From Azolla caroliniana (Eukaryota; Plantae; Polypodiophyta), in the NCBI GenBank assembly GCA_043228905.1, contig JBHGNT010000012.1, positions 12,958,001 to 13,022,000 of the forward strand: a DNA stretch of 64,000 nt, written 5' to 3'. Below are positions 39,026 through 52,915 of the stretch, piece after piece. The notes beneath the pieces were generated by a model. That model was not told the origin of the DNA. It did not search any database and worked only from the letters and a program-made list of their open reading frames with translations. Position 1 is the stretch's first letter; every line of letters starts with the position of its first letter. The position numbers and the translations under genes were made by a program.

Positions 39026-42000
39026 TGTTACGGGCATGACCATTTAATATCCCATGGTGAGAATTTACCGTAGTATTCTATACACGTGGATAAGTGTGAG
39101 GGTTAAACGAGAGTGTAAAGAAGGGGAGGATTACTTTTAATCCTCGGGATTGAGACAACCCATTAGGTCAAGTGTGAACTTGCCTGGGGGGCTTGGGTAT
39201 CGCTATAAATAAGAGGCCTAGCTACCCTCATTTCATGATCTTTTTGACTACATCGAGACTCTGCTCTTGTGGTGGGTCAACTCTTGTAGCGAGCACGTCA
39301 GCACCAGGTATGACTCGATGCCACGACGGTGGTATGGGACGCCGATCAAGGCTCGAGTCCATCTCGATCCCTTCACTCGGGGGTGGTCGGGTGGATCGGC
39401 ACCCTTCTTTCTCTTTCTCTTTTCTATCTATCATTAGTTTATCCTTATCTTAAGCTTACTTTAGTACCTAGATCTCTAATATTTGGTATCAGATTTATGT
39501 ACTAATGTGTCTTTGTTTGTCTTTTGTCTTTTGATTGATAGTGATCGATCGATGTGCGGTCGGCCTTGATCCAGACAACGATCAACAAAGAACTTCGGTA
39601 ACTCTTTCCATAATTTTTTTTCTATTCTCTCTTCTCCCATCTAATCATGTGTTTAGTTTATATGTCATTTTTTTTCATTAAGTCAATGATGTTGTAGTGG
39701 TCTTTAATTGTTTATCTAAAACTTTTACATATGTGCACGAGGTCAATACCTTGTTTGACATATAAATAACCCAATACTTTAATTTCACCGCTCAACAAAT
39801 GACCGAACTTCGGCAATCTCAAAGTGCTCTCGAGGCATGTGTCATTAGTCTACAACGTGAGACTAATAGACCTGATGAGCGACAAGGTGAACCATCATTT
39901 GTCATTAAGCCATTTACGGGAGACAAAAAGGAAAGAACCGAAGAAGTAATCTGCACATGGTTGGGATGATGGGAGTCTCATTTTGAGCTCTATCCCACGC
40001 CAAATAGTACAAAGATTGCATATGTCGGCCGAGAACTCGGGGGTAAGGCCGCCGCCTAGTGGCGTGGGTTCCGTACTATGGGGAAATTGCCCGATACCTG
40101 GACTGATTTTGTCACGGTTTTTAAGGGCCAATTTCTGCAACCTCCCTCTCAAACCGAGGCAGCACAAGCTTTAATGAACCTCTCTAGCCAGAAATTTTCC
40201 TCGCTAGAAGACTATGTTCACCTTGCTAGAACCCAAATCCAAAAATTGGGTCTAGAAGGGGACAATTGGTTGATAGCTTGTTTTGTCAATGGCATCCCCA
40301 ATTCGGACTATCACTGGATAGTGCACGATAAGGATCCAAAATCCTTCAAAGAGGCCGTTGAAATAGTTATTCGCTATCAACGCACTTCGAAGAAGGACCA
40401 CAACAAACCCAACGAAGCGCCCGGGACTAAGCAGTCACAATTTGTTGGGAAACGCAAGACACCCAACGAATGCTTGGATCGCGATTGTAAGCAACAACAT
40501 CCTTTTTGCGTATTCTGCAAATAGAAGGGTCATACAAAAGATCAATGTCGAAAGCTCCAATGGAAAGAGCACGACAACAAAGCTAAAGCTGCAAACCATA
40601 AAGCTCTTCGGAATCTTCGAGAAGTTCGATCATTCCTTGGTTTTTTCGGGTTTTTGCGAAAGTTTCTTCGTAATTACTCCCAATTGACGACGCCGTTTAC
40701 TCATCTTTTAAAAGGTCAAACGCACAAGTCTACAAAACCTATTGTGTGGAATGCTACACTAGACCTTGCCTTTAATGAACTCAAGGACTTGGTTTGCAAG
40801 GCTTCTTCACTTCTTTTACCTGATCCTTCAACACCTTTTGACGTTGAAACCGATGCAAGCGATTATGCTATAGGTGTTGTCTTGTATCAAGATGGTAAAC
40901 CAATAGCATTCGAGAATAAGAAACTTGATTCTGCTCAATGTCGGTATACTGTTCAAGAAAAGGAATTATTTGCAGTTATACATGCGCGCTTAAAACATGG
41001 CACCATTATCTTTGTGGAAATCGCTTTGTGGTAACTACTGACCATGAGTCTTTGAAATATTTTTGTGACCAACAAGACCTGAAAGGTAGTAAGGCACGAT
41101 GGGCTGATCTCATCCAGGACTTTGATTTTTCCATACGATATCGTAAAGGTTCCATGAATACTGTCGCTGATGCACTAAGTCGCATCCGTGAAGTTAACAT
41201 GCTTAGTTTCACTGAAATAACATCAGATCTATATGATCACCTTCGAGGAAAGTATCCTGATGACAGTTATTTTGCAAGATACTGAGCAAGACTTGAGTCT
41301 GGAACAGACACCATCACATTCTCGAAGGAATACTTCTACATTGCTAACGGTTTGTTCTATCGTAATGGGAAGGTTTGTGTTCCAGATTTACCGGAAGTCA
41401 AAAAGAGGATTCTTTTTTAATGCAATGATGCACCCTCAGCAGGGCACCCTGGAATACATCATACACTCGTTCTCATCTCCACTCAATTTTACTGGCCTAA
41501 GATGCGTCCTGACATACATAGCTATGTGACTAAATGTCACCAGTGTCAGGTTAACAAAGCCGAGCGACTTAAAGCCGCAGGACTTTTACATCCCTTGGAC
41601 ATTCCCAATAATAAGTGGGAAAGTATATCCATGGATTTTATTGTTAGCCTTCCTCGCACCCAAAAAGACCATGATTTGATCTGGGTTGTGGTTGATGGAC
41701 TAACTAAAATGGCCAGATTTATTGCTACTAAAACCATGGTAACAGCTCCTGAATTGGCTTACCAATTCGTTGACGAATTATTTCGTTTTTATGGGTTACC
41801 GATGGATATCGTGAGTGATTGAGATCCAAAGTTTACTAGTGACTTCTAGACGCAAGTCTTTAAGAAGTTAGAAACTATGTTGAGCATGAGCTCCACAGAT
41901 CATCCTCAATCCGATGGACAGATAGAACGAGTAAATCAAATTATTGAGCACATGCTTCGAGCATATCTTGGTGCAAAACCAACAAAATGGTAACATTATC

Positions 42001-43155
42001 TCCCAATTTTGGAGTTTGCTTATAACAGCTCCAAGCATACGTCGACGGGATATAGTCCTTTTATGTTGATGTATGGTTTTCAGCCACGAGCTCCGATTGA
42101 TGTTAATATACATCATGATGAGTTGCGAAGTACGCAAAACTTTCTTCTAGATATGCAAGATATGTTGCATATTGCACGAGATAATATAAAAACAGCTCAA
42201 GATAGAACGTGTTTTTATGCCGACCATCATAAGCAACCTCGTGTATTCAACCCTGGATAGAAGGTATTTTTACGTGTACCTCACAATTCTAAGACATTGT
42301 CTACGGGTAAGTGTGCTAAGTTAGCCCCACGTTTTTGTGGACCATTTACAATCCTCAAATGCATTGGGTCATCAGCCTATCGTCTCGATCTTCCCGATGG
42401 TGTCGGAATTCATCCAGTCTTTCATGTGAGTCGTCTAAAAGAACTTCTAGGTTCTGGCGACAATACAGTTACATCTGAAACTTTGGTTACTTCTGAAGAA
42501 TTATTTTCTAAACCAAATGTACCAGAAAGAATTCTCGATGTTAAAATAAAAAAAGTACGTACTAAAGAAATCCGTGAATTTAAAATAAAATGGATGGATA
42601 AATCAATAAAAGATGCCACATGGGAAGGCGAGAATACTCTGAGAACAAACTTCCCTAACTTTCCATTGCAAGAGTGCAATGTTTTAAAGAGGGGAAGTTT
42701 GTTACGGGCATGACCATTTAATATCCCGTGGTGAGAATTTACCGTAGTATTCTATACACGTGGATAAGTGTGAGGGTTAAACGAGAGTGTAAAGAAGGAG
42801 AGGATTACTTTTAATCCTCGGGATTGAGACAACCCATTAGGTCAAGTGTGAACTTGCCTGGGGGGCTTGGGTATCGCTATAAATAAGAGGCCTAACTACC
42901 CTCATTTCATGATATTTTTGACTACATCGAGACTCTGCTCTTGTAGTGGGTCAACTCTTTTAGCGAGCGCGCTAGCACAAGGTACGACTTGACGCCACAG
43001 CGGTGGTATGGGACGCCAATCGAGGCTCGAGTCCGTCTCGATCCCTTCGCTCGGGGGTGGTCGGGTGGATCGGCACCCTTCTTTCTCTTTCTCCTTTCTA
43101 TCTATCATTAGTTTATCCTTATCTTAAGCTTACTTTAGTACCGAGATCTCTAATA
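39026..43155 (+). mobile_element. Family A chromovirus, internally deleted (leader and PR-RT lost)
   Basis: LTRs 39026..39481 and 42700..43155. TSD GACAA/CACAA. PBS 39484. Deletions near 39768 (AAATAA microhomology) and 40603. Confidence 0.9.
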
Positions 43156-43178
43156 CACAAGGTCCATCACACGCCAGG

Positions 43179-43623
43179 TATCATGAATAGTACTAAAGCA
43201 GAGATGGAATTAGTACTAATAAGAGAAGTACTATTAGTACTAAGAAGACGGGACTGCGTGAGATTCCCGAGAGAGGAAGTGAGAAGAGGAGAGAGAGAGA
43301 TAGCGAGGATGAGAGAGAGAGAAAGATGATGACAACATCTAATATATTTTGTGAAAAGATAAGTACAAAGCGGCTAAGAGGCTTAAGACTGGCGTTGAAC
43401 CAATTTGGTTCAACATAATGTCTAGTGCCTTCTTTTATAGTGTTGTCAGGAGTAATCTTGAAACTTCTAGAATGTTCCAGAGAAATTTGGAATATACATT
43501 ACTTTCTTATAATAAAACATAAATGAAAATAATATCCTATGAATTACAATAGATGGTGTGATGGTTAACAGCTCGACCCATATACCATAAGGTCATGGGT
43601 TCGAGTCTTGTTACATCATGAGA
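43179..43623 (-). mobile_element. Solo LTR of family B type
   Basis: TSD CCAGG (43174-43178 / 43624-43628). Homologous to LTR 52916..53383. Confidence 0.85.
43551..43617 (+). other. tRNA-like / Pol III cassette, antisense to the LTR (also 53311..53377)
   Basis: TGGTGTGATGG (A box) ... ATGGGTTCGAGTCTTG (B box). Confidence 0.6.
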
Positions 43624-45132
43624 CCAGGCAGAGGAACGCGCATGGCAAAAGCCTCGCCTTAGCGACCTTAGGATTACCTGTCAGGACCACAAAGGTGATT
43701 TTCCACTCTCCAAATACCTCTGGGATACACGGGAAGCACGCTCACCACAACAACATTGTGGTCTTTCCCTGCCCGCCATAGCACCCAGCATGGCCTTTGC
43801 CTATCCCCGCTTTAACGGTGAAACCGACACCGCAACCCACATACACTTGTTCCTCAATGTCTGGAATGCAAACCAGATGGCGCAGAGCCTTTCTAAGGCA
43901 GTAGCGCACCAATCCAAAATGACGGAGTTCGGGTTAACATTGGATGGCAGAGCGGCGTTTTCGCATTCGTAAATGGATCTACCAGCAATCACGACCTTCG
44001 ACCAACTGCAATCCACCTTTTTGAGGTTCTTTCATTGGAGGGTGCCGCAACGCGAAATCCTTGGGCAGTTCTACACAATTAAGCAACTGTCAACCGAGAC
44101 GATCGCGGATTTCAGCTTACGTTTCCAAAATCTACGACGGAAATTAGAACGGGGCCTGGCGGAGGACGATGCTAGGGACACATTTATGAAGACATTACGC
44201 GGACCCATACGGACAATACTCAACAACAATAGCGTGAAAGGGGAAACAACCAATATGGTCATAGAAAGAGCGCTACAGCTCGAGCTGGATGAAGAAGAAG
44301 AAAGGTTTTCCATGTCCTCATTACGACAAGCGTTACCTCAGGACGAGGAACGACATTTTAGTCAAGCGATCTAGTGCACGATTTGCTTGAATTCGGGGCA
44401 TTCCATAGTGGAGTGCAACATGCGCATCCACTATCCAATCTATCACTCGAAAGCTCAGACAGTTGAGCAGTGCGAGTACAATATGTTGAATAGAGCCACG
44501 CCCACAGTACACAGCATGGACACACAGTGTCCCCCACGCCGTCATGAACAAAGGAGGCAGGAAGACCGACCACGGTATATGGATCGCAATCCACGTGATG
44601 ACTGGCAGTACCGGACTCCTCGGGATCACAACAATTCTGAGGAAGACGACCCGGAGGATGAAGACTACCGTGGCCACCCCAGATATACTAAAGGGGGCCG
44701 ACGCTATGAGAATTACCGGCCGACAAACAAACGTGGCAGCTTCAATGGACCTCGTGGAAAGCATCAGCAATATCAGGACCACTGGTGATATGACAAAAGC
44801 TCGGACGATAACTGACACCAAGAACCACGTCGGGACCAACAGCAACCACCGCGTACACTCTGACAAACGAAGCAGGACCGGGAGGAGCAAGTCGCACCGG
44901 GGGATCGGCACACACCACCAGGGGCGAATCTAGCATCCATTGTTTTGTTTGTCAACAACCCGGACATTATGCCACACAATGCCCAGTACGCAAGGGCAAG
45001 GGGCCCGCCATCAATATGATTGCGACAGAAGTGCAGCAAGTCACGACACATCAGCAAACAAAAACGGTTGATTGGGCCGCGTAAGATGAGATACGGCAAT
45101 CAGCCTAGGCATGGGTTGACAAAGCAAACGCG

Positions 45133-48100
45133 ATGAATATGGAGCGCATGCGGAAGGAATCCGCAAAAACGGTGGAGCTATTGGAGGACGAAGGACCATC
45201 CCGGGACCCCATTTGGCAAGCACTGGCAGGTTGCGAGATAACGTTAACCAAGGAGAAGCTGTTGCAACTGGTTCCACGATTCCGCCAGGCCGTGGAAGAG
45301 CGGGTGATGAGTAGACCTGGGGTAAGCATCGCCACGAATTTCACGAACATTAGCGACGGACCATCAGTAGTGGATCACCACAACCTGGCGATTACGTTGA
45401 TATTACACGGTCAGGAAATCCCAGGATGTGTAATTGATGGCGGCTCAGTCATTAATGTAATTAGCGCGAAGACATGCGAACAATTAGGAATTTCAAAATG
45501 GGATGCTTGCCCGTTCTGGCTCTGCATGGCAGATACCCACTCAGTACGACCATTGGGGTTGATACGCAAGGTAGGCATTATCGTGGGCGGACATCGCTTC
45601 AACATCTCGGCGGTAGTCCTCGCCTTGGATGCCCCAGGGGCGTACCCTGTGTTGCTAGGCAGACCATGGCTTCATTCAGCGAATATCAAGCAGAGCTGGC
45701 CACACAAGTGTATCAGTTTTCGATGCGGACGCACCAAGGTCCGCGTACCAATGGAGGAAAGGGTGACACAATCCAGGGGCATAACATCATTATATGCGGA
45801 AGATATCAATATGTTGGCTAGGGTGGATGATACAAAATTAGAGGCATACCTAGACGAGCACCCTCGGATTATTTCGCTGTTCGAAATCGACGTCATCGAA
45901 ACTGCGACAGAATATGCCACGGCCACTACACTCCAGGACGAGGCTTACGAACCAAACCTGGAGTCAATATTAGAACTAAGCAGAGCACGGGAAACTTTCG
46001 AGAGGGAAATGGAAATTTCACGACGAGTCACCGCCTCAGCCCTGGAAGAAGTAAACGTGGGTACGGCGTCAGAATCCCATTTCCTCTCCATCACAAAAGA
46101 ATTAAGGCCGGACCAGAGAGATGCAATGAGCCAACTACTCAAGAAGTATAAAGATGTGTTTGCTTGGGCCCACGAGGACATTAAGGGGTTAGATCCGAAT
46201 TTCTATCAACCTAAGATTAATTTAGCAACTGACGCGAAACCGGTCCAACAACGTCACTACCGCATGAACCCAAACTACGCGGCCCCCATAAAAGAAGAAA
46301 TTGACAAACTCCTGAAGGCGGGATTCATACGGCCAATTAAACAAGCTACATGGTTAAGCCCAATCGTAGTCGTACCAAAGAAAAATGGCAAAATACGAGT
46401 ATGCGTGGATTACCGAAAATTAAACGCCATAACCATTACAGACGCATTCGCTTTACCATTCCGATAGCGTACTGGATGCCGTCGCAGGGCATGACATGCA
46501 AAGTTTTTTAGATGGCTTCAGTGGGTACAACCAAGTACGCATACACCCCGATGACCAAGAGAAGACTACATTTGTCACGGACTATGGAGTCTATGTGGCA
46601 GTCGTCATGATGTTCGGGCTAAAGACGGCGCCAGCAACATTTCAACAGACAATCACGGAGATTTTTAGGCAATATATTCCGGCATTCATGCAAGTTTTTT
46701 TAGACAATTTTGCAGTATATGGGTGAACAACCGACCATTTTACGCATCTGCAATTGTGCTTGGAACGTTGCCGCACCGCACGCTTAAGCCTGAATCCCGC
46801 AAAATGTGCCTTCGGTGTTACCAGCGGGGCTCTCCTAGGCCATATAGTTAGCAAGGAGGGGATAGCGGTCGATCCGAATAAAATCTCCGCAATTACTCAA
46901 GCCAAAACTCCGACAAACGTGAAATCACTCAGCCGTTTTTTAGGACAAATACGATGGCACAGTCGGATGATACGATATTTGGCGGACTTCGCCATGTTGT
47001 TACATGTCGCCGTGCTCCGGACTCCCTTCCAATGGACAACAACGGAAGACAAGGCATATGACGCGCTAAAAATAATGCTCACGCAGGCACCTGTCTTATA
47101 GCCACCAGTTTGGGCGAAGCCATTCCATGTGTTCGTAGATGCCTCAGACATAGCAATAGGAAGTGCGCTAATGCAGCTCATAGAACCGAATTGGTACCGG
47201 ACGGTGTACTACGCTAGTCGGAAATTATCAACGGCGGAGCGTAACTATTCCACGACAGAACGTGAGGCATTGGGGATGATCTATAACATTAATCAATTCT
47301 GGCATTCTCTGTTAGGGAGGAAATTCACGTTTCACGTGGATCATTTGGCACTACTGTATTTGGTTGAGAAATAAGCGTTGACGGGGAAATTGGCGCGATG
47401 GATGCTACTGCTTCAAGACTTCGATTTTGTAATTCAAAACCGCCCGAGTACGCAACATGCAGTGGCAGATTTTTTTAACAGACTCGATAATGGAGAAACG
47501 ACGCAGAAGGACGACGACGACTTTCCAGACGCACACATTCTACGGGTAGTAGGACCAACAGAAAGAACGTAAAAGACCTAGTAGGACCGGTGGCTCATGG
47601 AAATGACATACTTTTTAACCACGGGACTGCCCCCACCGCAATTACGCATGGACGAGAGGAAACGATTAGCCGTCCGGAGCCGTAATTTCTACCGGGTAGA
47701 AGGCATCTTATATCACAAAGGTAGTGATGGCATTTGGCCATGCGGTGTACGTCAGGATGAGAAAGAAGCAGTCTTACGGGAGGCTCATTGTGGCACGGCA
47801 TGCGGACATTACGCGGGCGATGTTACGGCCCGGAAAATATGGCAAGTAGGCCTATGGTGGCCAACTACACAGAAGGATGCGTACGAGTATTGCGAAAAGT
47901 GCGATTTGTGTCAACGGATGTGCCAGCCCTCGGAAGGCGCAAGAATGCCACACCAGCCTGTATTGCCGTTAGATCCCTTCCAAAAGTGGGGATTGGATTT
48001 TGTGGGGCCCTTCACACCGGCGGCGGCCCGTACGGGCAATAAATACATATTGGTGGCCACGGATTATTGCACCAAGTGGGTAGAAGCAAAGGCACTATGA

Positions 48101-48901
48101 GAGAATACGGTGGCTGTCACAGCGAGATTCCTTTACGAACACATCTGGTGTCGGTTCGGTTGTCCGATTGAGCTTATCAACGATTAGGGGAGCCACTTCT
48201 TCAATACGGTGGTTCGTGAACTAACACATCATTATGTTGTGGTCCACAAGAAGAGTACGCCATATTATCCACAGGCGAATGGGTTGGCGGAATCCACCAA
48301 CAAGACATTGCAGACCATATTGAAGAAAATCGTCAATGAAAATAGAACAGACTGGGATACGAAATTACATAGTGTGTTATGGGCGTACAGGACCAGCTAC
48401 AAAACAAGCATACAGTCAACACCGTTTCAACTAGCGTTTGGGCTGGAGGCCGTTATGCCGGTAGAGTTTCAGATACCCAGTTTACGGATTCAAGTACGGG
48501 ACCGACTATCGGAAGCCAAGTTGGAGGAAGTACGGCTCCACCAACTACTCGAACTCGACGAAAAACGTGTACACAGGATGGCTGTGTTGGAGCAGGAACA
48601 ATGACGACGTAAAGTGTTTGTGGATCGACATCAGAACACACGGGAAAAGGACTTCGCGGCCGGTAGAGCGGTACTGGTTTTCCAAACCTGCATGGGGCAT
48701 ATGCCAGGAAAATTACGATTCCGCTGGAGAGGCCCGTACTGGATAGTGGGAGCGAAACAAGGCACGTTTCAATTGGGCACGCAGGCCCAGGAAGTATTAC
48801 AACAGAAAGTGAATGGGTTTCTCCTTAAACCTTATCTAGGACCTACGCCACCTAACCCATTCCCCGCCGGACAGGACAAAGTCGTAGAATCCGCGGAGTA
48901 A
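45133..48901 (+). pseudogene. Family C pol (PR-RT-RH-IN), fragmented
   Basis: ORFs 45133..46467, 46496..46726, 46754..47101, 47129..47374, 47597..48100, 48209..48604 and 48614..48901. Confidence 0.9.
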
Positions 48902-49021
48902 GTAGACGGCCCTACTTGTATCATAGTGTAAAAATAGGCTTGTATGTAATCGTTACGGAAAAAAAAAGAGAAAAAAAAAGAAAAAAGAGAGAGAAGATAG
49001 TGATGCTATTAAAAGGACTTA

Positions 49022-49845
49022 ATGCATGCACAGACTTCTAGACCAAGAACACACATCACCACGATGGCTCACCGACCAATGAACCCTAGGCCACAAAAAG
49101 AAGGAAATAGAAGGTTTTCTACACAATACAGAAATCCACCTCCTAACTCTCAGCGCTTTCGCTCCCCTTCCTCACCTACTTCTCCATCCTATCACAGAGC
49201 TCACGCCCACCACAACCAACAATCTTCACCCCACGAGCCCACTCTGACTATTTTGATATTTATCTCTACCGCCTTCCGTCGATGGCTCGTGGAGAAACGC
49301 CTGGATGGGTACATCAGGGTCGCGGAGGCACCTCCACACCCGGATGCATTGGGCATTGCCAGAAAGCTCAACATTGACACGGTCACCAACTCATCCATCC
49401 GGAAAAAGTTGGACATGTCATCACTAGGTAAAAGGCTTTTTGAAATCCCTCCTGTGGAGTCGCTACCGAGATATTTCGGTCCATATTCGTCCTCCGCTAA
49501 GGCATATAGAACGAAGGAGATCCCGGATCCTTTTTTCCGCGAGGTTTCCAAGTTCCCATTAGAGGTCGGATGCGTTCATGTAAACGCATATGGGATGCCC
49601 AAGCAGAAGGCAGATATCATTATTGATACCTTTGAATGGCGTACGGTCAATTGGGGGGTCATCACTGGGACGGAGTTAAGAGAAGGCCTACACACGTATC
49701 AAGGAGGCAAAAAACTCAGGCCTACCATACAACAATACTTGACGGTACTATTCCTACCCCGACGACTTCCGGCACTACAGCCCAGCAAGCCCACACTGCC
49801 TCCGCAATTTGCGAAGCAAAGGTTAGCGGAGTTAGCCACCAAAAA
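49022..49845 (+). CDS. Extra 3' ORF of family C (unknown function), cut by an LTR insertion
   Basis: 280-aa ORF after IN, homologous to ORF 23..268. Confidence 0.6.
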
Positions 49846-52800
49846 TATTAGAGACATGTACTAAACTAAGCATTAGATAAGGATAGATCTAGGTAGATAG
49901 AAAGAAATGAGAGAGAGAAAGAAGGGTGTCGATCCACCCGACCACCCTCGAGCGAAGGGATCGAGACCGTCGTGGCGTCGAGTCGTAGCTGGTGTTGGCG
50001 CGCTCGCTACAAGAGTTTCCCCACCACAAGACAGAGTCTCGACGTAGTCAACAAGATCATGAAATGAGGGTAGCTAGGCCTCTTATTTAATGCGATACCC
50101 AAGGCCCCCAGGCAAGTTCACACTTGGCCTAATGAGTTGTCTCAATCCCGAGGATTAAAAGTAATCCTCCCCTTCTTTACACTCTCGTTTAACCCTCACA
50201 CTTATCCACGTGTATAGAATACTAAGGTAAATTCTCACCACGGCATATTATATGGTCATGCCCCTAACATACTCCCCCGCTTTAAAACATTGCACTCTTG
50301 CAATGGAAAGTTAGGGAAGTTAGTTCTGAGAGTATTTTAGCGTTCCCATGTGGCATCTTTTATTGATTTATCCATCCATTTTATTTTAAATTCTCGGATT
50401 TCTTTAGTACGTAATTTTTTTGTTTTAACATCGAGAATTCTTTCTAGTGCATGTGGTTTAGAAGATAATTCTTCAAAAGTAACCAAAGTTTCAGTTGTAA
50501 CTGTATTGTCACCAGAACCTAGAAGTTCTTTTAGACGACTCACATGAAAGACTGGATGAATTCCAACACCGTCAGGAAGAGCGAGACGGTAGGCTAATGA
50601 CCGAATGCGTTTCAAGACTGTAAAAGTTCCACAAAACCGTGGGGCTAACTTAGCACACTTACCCGTAGACAATGTCTTAGAATTGTGAGGTACACGTAAA
50701 AATACCTTCTGTCCAGGGTTGAATACACGAGGTTGCCTATGATGATCGGCATAAAAACGCGCTCTATCTTGAGCTGTTTTTATATTATCTCGTGCAATAT
50801 GCAACATATCTTGCATATCCCGACGAAAGTTTTGCGTACTTCGCAACTCATCATGATGTATATTAACGTCAATCGGGGCTCGTGGTTGAAAACCATCCAT
50901 CAACATAAAAGGACTATATCCCGTCGACGTATGCTTGGAGCTGTTATAAGCAAACTCCAAAATTGGGAGATAACATTCCCATTTTGTTGGTTTTGTACCA
51001 ACATATGCTCGAATCATGTCCTCAATAATTTGATTTACTCGTTTTGTTTGTCCATCAGATTGAGGATGATCTGTGGAGCTCATGCTCAACGTAGTTTCTA
51101 ACTTCTTAAAGACTAGCTTCCAGAAGTCACTAGTAAATTTTGGATCTCGATCACTCACGATATACATCGGTAATCCATAAAAACGAAATAACTAGTCCAC
51201 GAATTCATAAGCCAATTCAGGAGATGTTATCGTGGTTTTAGTAGTAATAAATCTCGCCATTTAAGTTAGTCGATCAACCACAATCCAGATGGCATCAGGG
51301 CCTTTTTGGGTGGTGGTGTCTGTTCTAGACTCAACTCTTGCCCAGTAGTTTGCAAAATAATTGTCATCAGGATACTTTCCTCGAAGGTGATCCTAAAGAT
51401 CTGATGTTATTTCAGTTAAGCTTAGCATGTTAACTTCACAGATGCGACTTAGTGTCTCAACGACAATATTCATGGAACCTTTACGATATCGTATGGAAAA
51501 ATCAAAGTCTTGGATGAGATCAGCCCATCGTGGCTTACGAACTTTCAGGTCTCTTTGGCCCCTAAACCCTAAACCCTTTTAGAAGATCAGTAAACGACGA
51601 GGTCTAGTGTAGCATTCCACACAATAGGTTTTGTAGACTTACGCGTTTGACCTTTTAGAAGATCAGTAAACGGCGTCGTCAATTGGGAGTAATTACGAAG
51701 GGATTTTCGCAAAAACCCGACAAAACCAAGGAATGATCAAACTTCTCGAATGTTCCGAACAATGGGCCAAAGCTTGATTTTCTCGATGCGAGAAGGATCA
51801 ATTTCAACTCCTCGTTCGGTTATGAGATGTCCAAGGTAAGTAATTGATTTCTTGAAGAACTCACATTTTGAAATCTTTGCATAAAACTGTTTGTCACGCA
51901 ATGTTTATAAAACAAAGCAGACATGTTTAGCATGTTCTTGTAATGTACGGCTATAAACTAAAATATCATCCAAGAAAATAACGAGAAATTTTCCAAGTTG
52001 TTCTCGGAAAATGGCATTCATTTCTTGTTGAAATGTAGTCGGAGCATTGGTCAAACCAAACGGCATAACCAAAAACTCATAATGGCCATAACGCATACGA
52101 AATGCCGTTTTAGGAACATCGTCCTCACTTATATGAATTTGATGGTAGCCAGTACGGAGATCAAGATTCGTAAAATACCGGGCTCCCTGGAGACGGTCAA
52201 TTAGATCGTCAGCCCGGGGCAATGGATACGAATTCTTGATTGTCACTTTATTCAAGCGTTGGTAATTAATACACATACGCCATGTGCCCTCTTTCTTTGT
52301 AACCAAGAGAACTGGTGCACCCCATGGAGATTTACTATAACGTATATAACCCATTCGTAAATAGTCATTGAGTTGCTTAGCTACCTCATCCTCTTCAGAT
52401 CGACTTAAGCGATAAGGAGGTAGACTTATTGGTGCAATGCCAGGTACAATATCTATACGATGGTCTATATTACATTTAGGAGGTAAACCATCTAGTAGTT
52501 CACTCAGAAAAACATCACGAAAATCATTTAAGATTTCATCAAGTTGTTGTTCAAAATATGTTAATTGAACCGAGACATTATCGATTTTGTAAACGTGAAT
52601 GTCCGGATCAAGTACACAATAAAATAGAGTAGAACAAGACAACTCAGATATTGATGGACACGAGGAAACAATCGAGAGGGATTATTTTTTTACACATTGA
52701 ATAAAATGAGGACAATCGTTCAGTACAAATGTAATTGAATGATGAACCCAATCAATGGATAAAGAAGAGTTTTTATTATAAAACCAGGGATAACCCAGTA

Positions 52801-52915
52801 TTACATCGGTGGTACAAAGATTCATTACATGGAAGTCTACTTCCTCTATATAAGTGTCAATAGAAATTCCTAATCAATGAATCGCCCCGTTGATGTATTG
52901 TACTCTTCCATCAGC
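49846..52915 (-). mobile_element. Family A chromovirus, 3' part (3' LTR 49846..50269, deleted pol)
   Basis: IN/chromodomain ORF 50337..51167 and RT ORF 51905..52642. Interrupted in PR by family B. Confidence 0.9.

Larger units (their letters stand above)
38471..49845 (+). mobile_element. Non-chromovirus Ty3/gypsy (family C) with extra 3' ORF; 3' end displaced by nested insertions
   Basis: LTR 38471..38916 (TGTT...AACA). PBS TGGCACGC 38921. gag 43790..~45000 with three zinc-knuckle remnants. [48 protein letters not shown] motif. No chromodomain. Confidence 0.85.
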
